DNA of 64,000 bases, taken from contig OZ365116.1 of NCBI GenBank assembly GCA_977030845.1, forward strand, positions 18,786,001 through 18,850,000, given 5' to 3'. The position numbers and the translations under genes were made by a program. A model generated the notes under the pieces. The model had not been told where the DNA came from. It was given only the letters and a program-made list of their open reading frames with translations, and did no database searches. Of this stretch, positions 14,801 through 26,190 are shown piece after piece (positions within the stretch are counted from its first letter, which is position 1; each line of letters starts with the position of its first letter). Source of the stretch: Fimbriosthenelais zetlandica (Eukaryota).

Positions 14801-15026
14801 TGGCAGGCCAGAGTTAGCCTAGCATGAGAAGTTTGACTTCCGAGTTGTACACTAGTAGTAATCCTGTTCACGCTTCAATGGAGGCGAGCATGACAGGCTG
14901 AAGAAAGCATTGATTAAGGGGCGTTTTTTCTCCTTGGAAAGAAACCGATCAATCAGGCCGGATGACAGGTCTGTGGGAGAGATCAATCACCAATGATCAA
15001 TGATTAAAAAGCAATTGCCATCTTAC

Positions 15027-15073
15027 CTGAAGAGGTACATGTACACGGCTGTGACGAGGCTGAAGAACAGCAC
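15027..15073 (-). CDS. TMEM135: TMEM135 coding exon 6 (47 nt): VLFFSLVTAVYMYLF(R)
   Basis: Acceptor cctttttatttccag|GTG, donor CAG|gtaaga, phase 0-2. Matches human VLLFCITAAMYMFFFR. The gene continues beyond the left edge. Confidence 0.92.
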
Positions 15074-18000
15074 CTGGAAATAAAAGGTAGAGATCTTATA
15101 TAAGCGAGAGGAAAACATAGGAGCTAAGAGGTTGAAATCCAACCCCCGAGCAGGCAATTATCAGGGACAGAATGAACCATATGCCATTCAAATGATGCCC
15201 TCAAACTGCTCTTTTTAATAATCTTCCTTTTTCCCTATGCTAACAAACGTCCATTACCGACACAAAGCCCTGTACCTAGGAGAGGAAGCATGCCAATTTG
15301 TTGTTTATTACCTGGACATGAGCCCCACCAGCTCTTAGTCACCACCAGCCCCAGATCAAACCAAATCCCCCACCCATTCACCATTCTCTCTTTTTTTATG
15401 AATTACAGACCAAAATGATCCCCCTCCCTTTTTGTTGAGTCCATGTAGAGGAATTGTTCTTGACAAAGAGCCTTTGCTTCAGGCCTAGCCAGACTCATGC
15501 TTATCCCTCAACGTGATTAGAACCGGTGGACCGTGATTATAGCCCTTATCGCAATCACCTCCCTCATCCTAGCTTCAGGCCCATATCAGCAGGGATTTTT
15601 TGGAGGCTCATAACAATCGGGACCTTTATTGTAGCAGCGTCTGGGCTATCTGAAGCTTTGCACACCTTTTTCTGGTTGATTACACAGGGCGAACAAGGGT
15701 TCATGTAGTCTGTGATCGCCAGGCCATGCAGCTCTGGTCAGTGAGCCATGAAAAGACAAAGTTGACAATGACTTAGAGACACGCAGGGTGTGGGAGGTGC
15801 AGGCCGGGGGTCGGCCTCTGTACATGATGCCTGGGTCACACTCACACTGATTAAAAACCGGCTCAGTATGTTCAGGTTTAAAGCCTGATCATAGCCCTAG
15901 GACATCACACTTGAACATAAAGGATGAAAATCAATACTTAAATTGGAAAGACATCAAATTAAATCTGTCATCACTTTTCAGCTTCTTTAAACACATTGCC
16001 CTTTCTTTAAAATGTAACTTTATGAACTGTTTCATTGCAAAATATTCGAACTATCCCCTTCACACTACACTTAACATTTATAAATCAAATACGAAGCTTA
16101 AAAGTTATTGACCAAGAGCATCCAGTGATGATATATTGAGGAAATAAAAGGGATTTTTTCAATTCCGTTTGGAGGCAGATGCCTTCCAGAGGAATTGAAT
16201 AAAACTATAAATTGATAAGTTGATGAGCTGAAGTGCCAGACTGGAACATTCCTCCAGCACGTCTTGGCAAGGACTTACACTAAGCCATCGAGTTAACCGA
16301 TTTATGGTGGGTCACGAATCTGGAGGACAAGAAACCTGCTTTTAAAATAAGTCTTCCATTGAGACTGGACAAGCTTAAAACGAAACTAACAGATTTATTG
16401 GAGACAATGGATGGCATTAAACACAAAGCAGGCGTTCCTGAACAACTCCCGGGAACACGGGAGTCGCATCTCACACCTGCGCTCCAGTCGTGACTAGACA
16501 GAATTAAATACCGAGATCCCAGCACAACCACGGTTAAGACAAAAGCAAAAGACCTCACATATTCAAGCGGAAAGAGCCGGGAGATTTTAATTGAAGCAGA
16601 CAAATCTCAACCATATTTAACTATATTATTTAACAGTTTTTCTGAGTGCAATCTCATGAGTGGACTTCATATAGATGGTAATACTTTATATAGATGGGAA
16701 TAACTGCCAATCATGTCCACTTAACATTGTCACTCCTTCCTATGGCCACCATTATATGTGTCAGCTGTCAGGCTATGAATGACATCTATTACCAGTCAAT
16801 ACATCATACTCTTCCCCACATTACTATTATACATGTGCTGAAATATACATGATTTAATGGAAGCCTGGCGAGCTGTGAGCTCGGACATTGAGTCCCTCAT
16901 GGCTTTCATCCAGTCAATGGAAGCTGACTGCCATCTAGATTTTATAAATCATAACAATATATAATCTCCTCCATACACTTCACTTGACAATGATGGACGT
17001 TACAGAGCCGGGTAAAAGCCATTATCATGTTTTAAGGTAACATTGTATGGGGGAAGTTTAATGCTGCTATGATCCGCTATTCAATAGGACCATGCAATGA
17101 GAATACTCGGATGCTTTGATACAAAATGGAATTGAAGTGATGCTGCCAACTGTAGTACGCTGATAATAAATGTACTAGAGAATACTTCACATTTAGGCCC
17201 GAAGAACGACTTGGCTCTGCAACAGGTGAATTGGCCCGATACAAGTCTTGACAAGAGTGGCCCTTTGTGTAAGCCTATTGGGAAACTCAACAGTTAAAAG
17301 CATTAGAGGCTTTCAAGAAATTATGTACTTGCGGGTGTATCTGCTGACTTGCATCCATCTAACACCCTATTTTATATAGTGTAGGGTCCCAACACGGGTA
17401 AGACAAAGACTAGATTACAAAACCTTGGTATGAAATACAAACCATGGCTGTGGATGTCGCCATTTGAATATCAATCACATTCCATTTGGCTCAATGAAAG
17501 CATGTGTAAATAACATCACAGAGCAATCAGATTAGGCCGCTCCAAACATCAAATACAATATTCACTGGCGTCCTCAGCCTGGGTATTAATTTCTCATGAA
17601 TGATAGATGTGATGGAACCATCGTGACTATAAACCTAGATGTGGAATTAACAAACTGCCAATTGGAAATTGAATTTTCAACCACAGTATGAGACAGGACA
17701 AAGCTGAGTTGAGCAATATTATAAAGCAGAGAAACGGATTAGCATAGACTTGCTCAGAGCTCTGGCGAAGAGAGAGACATAGACCTGATTGCTGACTCGG
17801 GGGAGTATTTGAAGAATGTTTGAAGAAGAAGTTAATCTCCAATGATAGCAATGACTTTGCTCCTATATAAAGCCAGAATAAAACTTCAGTTTGGAACCAA
17901 TCATGTATTGGTGCTTTTACTTCTTCATCTGCCCTGTAAGCATGCCTCGTTCCTAGATGAGCCTTGCCTCACCTCATGTAATAGTCCGGCATTGTCTGGT

Positions 18001-20265
18001 CACTCTTTTCAGCATTACAGCAACCGAGTATGTCTGCATAGCGAGATTGGAAACATAGCAGGACAAAAGGCCATGGGATGGGATGTAATTGGGAAATAAG
18101 TGTCATCCACAAAGGGCCTGGAGGATGATTAATGAGTATGACATAGTGATTGCACAACCATTCATAATACAGATACACAGGCCCATATCACCATTAACTT
18201 TATCCTCATTTCCTTCATGGCTTCCAGGATCTCCGCTCACAGATCTAATGCTACTGTTAGATGACGGTGAAAGCTTCCGTCAATGAATCGGACAGTATAT
18301 CATCTTCATTACGATCGAGATTAAACTTGGTCTGTAACTGGCGGATGGTGAATCAGTAGATGTTGATAATGAGCGTGAGATGATCTTGTCGGCGGGTCTA
18401 GTATGCTGGGTGTCTGTGAGCATCTCACCTCGTTAATGACACAGTAATAATCAGCAGTTAACTCCTCTCAATGTTCACACAGCTCCATCAGTATTCATAT
18501 CAGAGTGAGCCCGCAGTCGGCGCCAGTTTCAACCCTGATATCCCATTAGTACAAATGATCTGTTGCTTTTCCAATTAGAGTAATGAATATTTCAACGCAA
18601 TATTTCATAATTATCACAAAGCATATTGGCTGACACCATTGCCTTTCAGTGGTGGATATTCTCGTTATCGTTCATCCTCCCACCATGAAAGGCCTTTATT
18701 GCCGGCGGGAAACAGGCAAATTGCTCCATACCAGAGGGAATGCAATGAGTGAATCCAATTTCTGAGAGAAATTGATAGGGATGTGGCAGCACCTTCTAGT
18801 ATGGTCCCATCCTGTGTAACTCATACAGATTCAAATACTACAAGGCATTTACAAGATGCTTACTCTAGTTAGGGAAGTGAAAGCAACTTCAAATGCAATT
18901 GTGAAGAGAGGCAAAGAGACATTTACCATCTTGCTGTACGTAATAGCAGTCAATGCATGTTATTACTAAAGCAACATGCAGCAAAGCAGAAAACGTAAAA
19001 CATTCGCCAGATCAATGTTCAGTTACCGGTAATGGATCTTCTGGTTCTAACAGTATAGCGTGGTAAATGACCCAACCAAATCTTGTCTTGCAGTACTAGA
19101 GCCAGACCATCTCAGCAATGTGTTGCTGGCTCATTTAGAGAGCCTGTCACAGCCTTAAACAGCATCAGGAAATGTCAGAAGCATTAATTATTCATTCATG
19201 ACTGCTTCCAACGTGTCCTAAATGACCCCAGTATTGAAGATTGGGTGCAGAGTTGTCCAGGATGTGATATTTTTCACATTCACATCAAGGCAGTGACATA
19301 AGGGTAGAGAACAATACCAGGTCTTACATCTAAATGTCATGTAGTGACTTCACAACACACAAAGACCAGCGCACTACCATATTTACTACATCAATGGGAT
19401 CTGCAGGTCTTTTTTGTTGGGAGTGAAACTATCCGCGGGTGCCCTATTGTTGCATGGGACACTGCCCACCAATTCTCATTACATGCATCTCTGACGGTGA
19501 AATCGCTCGTGAAGCGTGCATCAGCCAGTCCTGGTTGGCAGTCACGAGAGGTTGACAGGGAGCTGTCACAGCATGACAATGACAGCATCATAGATGTAGT
19601 AAAGATGTTAAAACAGTAGATCAAAACCTACCCTTCAAATAATAGAAATACACCATACAAATTATTAGAAACAGAAGACCAACTGCATGAAAATTTTTTC
19701 ACAGAATGCCTTTTTGATGGGTCCTACATACTCTCGATACATGTACCAAAGACAAATGGCCATAGCATAGCTTTCTATGTCAGAAATATATTGCGCAGAA
19801 AATACAGTACAAACGGATGCCTCAGAACAGGTCCTAGGTGCATGCATATTCAACAAACATTTATTGATGCATGAGTGTAGCATCCATCTACAAGAGAGAT
19901 CTATCATGTAGCAGGACGAGGTGCTCTATGTTCATTCATAATCCACAAGCCCGCGGACAAAGATCACATAAACGATGGATCGCCAGCCAGATTCCTAAAA
20001 TATATATATAGGCCCGATTTTCATCTTATATATCAGAATTCTATATCTTTACTTTGACATAGGAGATAGACCTATTTGTGTGCACCAACATTTGAAATAA
20101 TCTCACCCCCATAGCCAGTATACCTTTGATAGTAATGGTCTCTGAAGGGCACTCTCGTCCAGTATGGCGGTGTGTGGGAACCTGTGGGATTTCTCTGTTT
20201 CAAAGCCAGTTGAGTGGACAGAGAGTTGATGGATAGCCATGAGGTATGCCAGGGAAATAAAACAT

Positions 20266-20356
20266 AGAGAGAGGTGAAATGAGGGAGGCAGAGAGAGAGG
20301 AGAGAGAGAGATAGCGAGAGAGGGGAAGAGAAAGAGAGAAGAGAAGAGAGAGAAAG
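20266..20356 (+). repeat. Imperfect (GA)n microsatellite / polypurine tract
   Basis: Visible gagagaga/gagaa runs. Confidence 0.85.
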
Positions 20357-21777
20357 TTATTTCTTTTCAATATCAATGTGCCCACCTTTAATTACCCTCG
20401 GTGGAATGCAACTTAATTTAAACTTAATTTCACGCCGACAGGTACGTGAGCTGGCGAGAAGAGCAAATAATCCAATGGAATGACCAGACATTGAGATATG
20501 TTTAAATATCTTTTCCCTATTTGTCTGCAACACCTGAGGAAGATTATGTTAAATACTTTTAAAATACTGTTAAGATATCATAGAGGTCGACACACTTTTC
20601 ATCCAGTCTAAGTAATACATTACATGTCACTGTAAAAAGATACATGCTAAATGTGTCGCTCATTTTAAATGCCGTGCCAACCTGCCATATTGATTTAGTC
20701 AAGACATTATACTCTTTAACACCCAGTCTTTTTTTAGGAGCATTTTAAATAGCTCCTCCTCGTTGAAGAATCTGCTTTAGATTATCGTCCGCTATAAGAT
20801 ATGAAGAACATGTCAGTAGAATGTCAACTGGTTGGAGGAGTGTCTGGCTTTAGAATTGCCCAGGTCAACTCTAAGGGCTTGATATGTCACTCAGCGATAT
20901 TCCCCATACCGAAATTCAAACTTTACTCTCTGATCAATGGGTGAATATGACCAGACTGACAGACGTATACGATATTGGATTATATATCAATAAATATGAT
21001 TTGTATCAAAAATATGTGAAAAGGGAGTCTTGATCTAGTCTAGTCAGACATGTCTCACACGACACATGTTGCGCCATCGTGTGGTGTCATTCTCACACGT
21101 CTTTGTTTACATAAGGTAAAAATAAGTCACTAGAAATAAAGAGCTGTAATTGAAAAGGGGAGAGGAACATTGCCATGGCAACCATCCATTTTGGTGGTGA
21201 GAAGAAATGACAAACATACCAGCAGATCTCTACAGCAGACGCTGAGCGCGACGCGGGGAACAGATGCGCAGATTCCTCTATACAACAACTGTGTCTGTAT
21301 CAAAATTCATCACTAACGATCAAGATCCTATCTAAACTAGTACTAGGACAGAATCTAAAAATGGTCACGGTCCTTAAGATGCCAAGAAGGCAAGTAAATG
21401 TTGCTCTGATGTATTTTTTCGCAGATCATTCAAAACTATAGGCAAAGATAGTGGAGAATCTTTGCTATAGGCCTACTGTAAGACTTATAATCTCCAAGTT
21501 GCATTTTGTAAGGCGTGACACAGTTAATAACTATGTGAGTGCGTTTCCACCCTGTTAAAAACACATTATTCAATGTGACAAGAACATATTATTCAGCTGC
21601 ATCAAATTAACTACCACACCCTCATCTTCCGTCCAATCTCCTGGGGCCCTTTTAACCCAAGCACGGAGCAGGATATACATATTACAGTGTATAGGGGAAT
21701 GCTGACCAAACATGTCATCTTAATCCACTCTATTATCCTTCTTTGATCTGGGATCACCTGACCTCTCATGGCACCAC

Positions 21778-21936
21778 AAGGTCAAGGTCATGCTAGGATC
21801 GCCATATACCGGCCAGATGACAAGACAGCCAATCAAAGATGCTCTCTTATTCCACGCAGCGAGAGCCAATCAGAGCAGCTCTTTCACTATCGTACAGCGA
21901 GCCTCTAGTTTACTGACCCCATTTGACCTTGACCTT
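21778..21936. promoter_or_regulatory. Module with 13-bp inverted AAGGTCAAGGTCA repeats flanking two CCAAT boxes
   Basis: AAGGTCAAGGTCA at 21778-21790, TGACCTTGACCTT at 21924-21936, AGCCAATCA at 21827 and 21864. Confidence 0.4.
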
Positions 21937-24002
21937 AGGTTAGGGCACGCCACCGTCCCCAGGGGTCGCACTGAATCTCTAGCAAATATGATGGATATTG
22001 GTGCCGTCTGGCATAACAATAACCCTGGCTTTTTTCTTATGACCCAAGCACACTAACAAATCCAAAGAACGACTAGAACAAAACGTCAAAAGTTTAACCT
22101 TGCAGAAAAAAATGTTGTCTTCATATTTCCTTTATGGATGCAGCTTACAAATTCATATCTTCATGCATAGGTCTATATTTTTGGCTGAATAACCAATGGA
22201 AGTACATAACCAATTATGCAAATATTAATAGTCAAGGAAACAAAATATATATGGTAATATAGGCCCTATGATAGTCATAAGAGAGAAGATATGAACCCGC
22301 CGGGAGAGTGAGTAAGTGAGCAGGATTGGTATTAACAGTAGGTCCCCTGTCCCTCTGGTGTCATACATTTACCTATGATTGAGTCAATCAATACTAGGGA
22401 AGGACTCCTTCCTATCCTCCTCCTCCAATTCCCAACAAAAATGATAGATTGACCTGTCAGAATGCCTCCCATCCTCGGTCCTCAAGTCAATTTCTATTTC
22501 GAAAACCCAAAACGACTACAGATCTATAGACTGAAGTGGTGAAGAAAAATCGCTTCACCAAATAGATTTTGTGAAATATATTATTTCCTGCAATTATCCC
22601 CAATACAGCATCAGCACCTCATGGGTCCACTACATATAAAAAATGCCCAATTATTATATCATTGGATCCATAAGAGAGATAGGAGGCCTGCATGAGAAGT
22701 GGGCTCCCATTTCTTATAAAAACTACCCTTAGCTTACACCAGAACAAAGGCTTGCTAAGGCATACCCAACAACCTCCTCTGGCCTCCTCTATGCCCGGAA
22801 ACATCCATCACTGTCGACAAGAGGAGTAAGATGTCAGTCAAAGCAAAAAGGGGCACGCCCATCAAACTGAAACAGTGATGGGGCTCGAGCTGAGAGGGTG
22901 ACACCTTGAAGGCAGTGCCACCCAACTCCTTCCCTCCCCTCTCCACATCCCTTCCTACCCTTACCAATCCTCCAGGCCATTTGGCCTTCAGTCTGCAGGT
23001 CGAGTTAGCCAGCATTTCTCACACCACACCTAATGAAGCAAGCAGTTCCGATTTTCCCAACCTCTTTTTGTTTGAATCTTCAAAAACTGAATAATCAAAG
23101 TTGCTTTGTCAAAAAACCTCTGCAAAAACAGTTCCGCTGGTTTCAACTTCTTTTCAAAACTTTGGTGAATTTTGTAAACAATTTGTATATGATTTAGTAT
23201 TATTCTCGCCAATTTGGCCGAGACACACAAAGACAAGACCTCTGCCAATCGAAACAACTATATTCACCAATATACAAAATCTAGGGCCAGCGATCAACCA
23301 ACCAAATGCAGACCTTGCTTGTTAAGACCTTGAATTATAAGAGAGTTGGTAGCATGTATATAACTGTCACGGTGGAGGGGGAGTATATAGAGTAAGTAGG
23401 AGGAAAGTGAGCTGGGTTCACCTGTCACCATCTGCCCACACACAGAGAGAGCCACTCTCCACTGATAGCAGCAATGAGAGGCGGGGGGCAGGAAGTGGAG
23501 ACATTATTTTGATGATTATAATTGACAGCTGTCAGAAGTTAGAGGGTAATGCTACCTTGCTCCTCGTCTACTGCCCCTGTGGTGAGCACACATAGAGCAG
23601 CAGTGAGCTGGCTATGTAATTGCTGTAGCACTGGCAGATGTAACAGCTACCAGCTAGGTAACCTATCATTAAAATGATGCTCTATACTCACTTCTCAGCC
23701 GCATGGCTTACAGCTCAAAGAGGAGTCAATGTGGCTTCTCTAATGTACAACCTCAATCAACATCTCACAATAATAACATATATAGAAAGAAATAATAGAG
23801 AAGTAAGGAAGAAAACAAATGAGCAGAGACATTGAAACAGAATATGCGTGCCACCTCACATTATGGGTGGTACGGCTCTGCTTTCCACACCAATCAGAAA
23901 TCAGACTTATCAATTGACATCAGACTTAATATAACAAGGCTGATGATGTGGCCCATCAAACACTTCCAGAATAACTTTATAGTCTTATGAATATATAGTT
24001 TA

Positions 24003-24197
24003 ATGGAGGAGATGAATTATTTACTAATGAGCAAAATCATGTTGATAGGAGATTTTAACCTAGATGAACATAGTAGGCCTAAACGTAAGGACATAGATTT
24101 TTTCTCTCGAAATATATTACCTGAATTAGATGTTGGTCTGGGGCTCACTTTAGGTGAAAAAACGTGCTTGGGAGTTAGAAGAGGGGATTTGGTTTGA
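24003..24197 (+). mobile_element. Possible relic of a LINE apurinic-like endonuclease (EEP) domain
   Basis: Frame reads KIMLIGDFNLD...LPELDVGLGLTL. IxGDFN is the conserved EEP motif of CR1/L2-type ORF2. No RT found nearby. Confidence 0.35.
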
Positions 24198-24202
24198 AAG
24201 AG

Positions 24203-24236
24203 AAAAATTATGACCTTGTTGGGATTCGAACCCATG
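24203..24236 (-). pseudogene. 3' half of a tRNA-derived sequence (B box plus T-run)
   Basis: Minus strand: CATGGGTTCGAATCCCAACAAGGTCATAATTTTT. No matching A box or 5' acceptor strand was found. Confidence 0.45.
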
Positions 24237-24304
24237 TTCTTGTACTACTCTAAATGGCACCTTACAATATACAAGTAAGGGAGTTAGAATAAATAAGCAG
24301 TTGG

Positions 24305-24403
24305 AAAAAAAGCGAAAACGCGGAACATGGCAGGAATCGAAGCTAGTTTGACATGCCCCTCGTATTGAGAGTTCATCTCTTTAACCATTCGGCCACTGAC
24401 TGC
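24305..24403 (-). pseudogene. Degenerate tRNA-Ser-like sequence with downstream T-run
   Basis: Minus strand reads GCAGTCAGTGGCCGAATGGTTAAAGAGATGAACT...CTTCGATTCCTGCC, resembling eukaryotic tRNA-Ser (GTAGTCGTGGCCGAGTGGTTAAGGCGATGGACT...GGTTCGAATCCTGCC). The anticodon stem does not pair. A T7 run follows (24305-24311). Confidence 0.55.
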
Positions 24404-24602
24404 TTGGATCTGTTGGTGTTCAACAAATTGTGGTACATGAGAAGCGACGGTGAAAAGGAAAATATATTTAATATCAATTCATAATCTAAAACTTTTAAAA
24501 ACTACCGAATGTATCAGCTGAATGTGTCTGGTCAGTAGAATAATCAACCTCCGTGGTTGGGGAGGTTCTGGAAATATTACCATTTGGTTTACTACCTCTA
24601 AC

Positions 24603-24941
24603 GGCTGTTCTCGTTGGCCCAGTGGTCAAGGGCGCTGGTAGTCTGATGTAAGTTTTAACAGACTCGTGGGTTCGAATCCCCACAACAGCCATGGTAGTGG
24701 TCCCGTCTGTAAGTTTCAAGTGAAAGACTGGTGAAGTCTCCCACGTTCTGATCATAGCTTGATTTGCGTGGGCCCGCGTTCAATCCGTAAAGGTGGAACA
24801 CTTGCACTGATCATATGTGTGTACGGCCATGGAGCAATTCGCCACAGTGATCAGTTGGTTATCAAGTGTGTAGCCTTGCCAGGGTTGATATGCCAGGGTG
24901 AATGGATCCGGTTGACTAAGACTAACTCACCAAAAAAAAAA
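24603..24941 (+). mobile_element. Candidate tRNA-Leu-derived SINE (head 24603-24691, body, A10 tail 24932-24941)
   Basis: Acceptor-like pairing GGCTGTT/AACAGCC, D stem GCCC/GGGC with A box TGGCCCAGTGGTCAAGG, and B box GTGGGTTCGAATCCCCAC (Leu-type). The anticodon arm is replaced by an AGTCTG/CAGACT hairpin. There is no terminator after the head, then ~240 nt of body and an A-run. No target-site duplication seen. Confidence 0.5.
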
Positions 24942-25097
24942 TTTATTTATATTTTAAAATTAAATTTTGTTTGGAGGGTGTAAGATGACAGATGGGAAAT
25001 AGTGGTAGAAATATTTAATAACGCTACGAATAGGGTGATGGGTATTGGAAATTACTGAGGTGAGTGTGTGTGTGGTGGGGGCAGGTATGTAGGTATG

Positions 25098-25286
25098 GAA
25101 ATATTTTTATGAAACATGCCCCAAACACAGAAAGAGATATGGTGATGGTACAAGTGATAGTTGTAGTTAAAATGTCCCCAAAAGGGTGACAGATAATATT
25201 CTGAAATATTTTATGAAAATTGCCCCAAATAAGAGTATGCGAGAAATTAGTAAATTATTGAAAATATTTTATGAAACAAACCCCAA
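25098..25286 (+). repeat. Three dispersed direct repeats GAAATATTTT(T)ATGAAAnnnnCCCCAA with unequal spacers
   Basis: Copies at 25098-25125, 25203-25229 and 25260-25286, plus a partial copy at 25169-25183. Confidence 0.75.
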
Positions 25287-25289
25287 TTA

Positions 25290-25600
25290 GAAAGGAGATG
25301 ATGAGGTTCGGAGGGGATGAGACACAGGGTTAGGGACAGAGGGGAGAGATGGCTGGAGGAAAGGGAAATGGTGTGCTCGGGAGAATATAAGAGACAGTGG
25401 AGAACATGGGGGATGGGAGAGATGGTATAGGAGAAGGTATAAGGGAGGGTGAGGGTGGTATAGTGAATGGGACAGTGGCTAAGTAAGACAGGGTGACTGG
25501 GAGAACTCAGAGAAGGGCATGAGAGAATTCAAAGAGGAGATTATTATAGGAATGATTGGAAGCAGGAGGAAAAGGATGGAGATGGTGAGTCCCCTGTTAG
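25290..25600 (+). repeat. Purine-rich (G/A) low-complexity tract
   Basis: Strong G+A strand bias with no clear unit. Confidence 0.6.
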
Positions 25601-26061
25601 AAATTTTACATAGTGATGGAAATGAAATGTGTTTAATTGTAGCACATGCTTGTACTTGCCCAAGCACTAAAACTAATGTAGTGATCGATGATGAAGTTTG
25701 CTAGCCTCCATCCAACAATATGTCACCCGTTTTCATTAAATGAGTTTAAAGTCGTAAAGGTGAGATATAAGTGGCTTGTACACAGTGCTGTCAGGCCAAT
25801 AGCATCGAATGGCCCTGTGCGACTTTAGACTCGCTTACAGAAAACACCTCAAAAATGCAAGAAGCAAAGGAGCTGATTTGGCTGGACGGACCTCCCCTCG
25901 CTGACCAACCGTCAAAAGCCTTGCGAATTTTGCCTGTTTTGTAACGAGAAAGGTATCAAACACCTACCGACTGTAAAGCTAGGGACCTAGGGTAAGGCTA
26001 GCCAAAAGGCGGTCTCAAGGTTCTTGCAAGGGAGAGACCTGGGATCTGGTAGACTATAGTT

Positions 26062-26097
26062 CTTCCAGAACGAGAAGTTAACTTCTCATTCTGGAAG
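26062..26097. repeat. 36-bp inverted repeat (one mismatch)
   Basis: cttccagaacgagaagtt|aacttctcattctggaag. Confidence 0.9.
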
Positions 26098-26124
26098 TAA
26101 TAAATACATGAATGTACTACATAC

Positions 26125-26190
26125 TTCTCCATTCCAAAGAGGTTTGACGATTCCACGGAATGCAGCCATTCGATACAGCGTTTCTGTTGC
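26125..26190 (-). CDS. TMEM135: TMEM135 coding exon 5 (66 nt): ATETLYRMAAFRGIVKPLWNGE
   Basis: Acceptor gttttgtttcttccag|GCA, donor GAA|gtatgt, phase 0-0. Matches human [22 protein letters not shown]. Confidence 0.93.

Noticed and set aside
1-22194. 13-bp inverted match between 1-13 and 22182-22194 as transposon TIRs
   Set aside because: Many 13-bp matches are expected by chance between arbitrary positions in 64 kb, and no transposase lies between.
24305-24691. Functional tRNA genes
   Set aside because: Neither sequence forms a valid anticodon arm, so they are reported as pseudogene/SINE only.
25098-25286. CRISPR array
   Set aside because: Only three degenerate copies, unequal spacers, spliceosomal-intron context and no cas genes.
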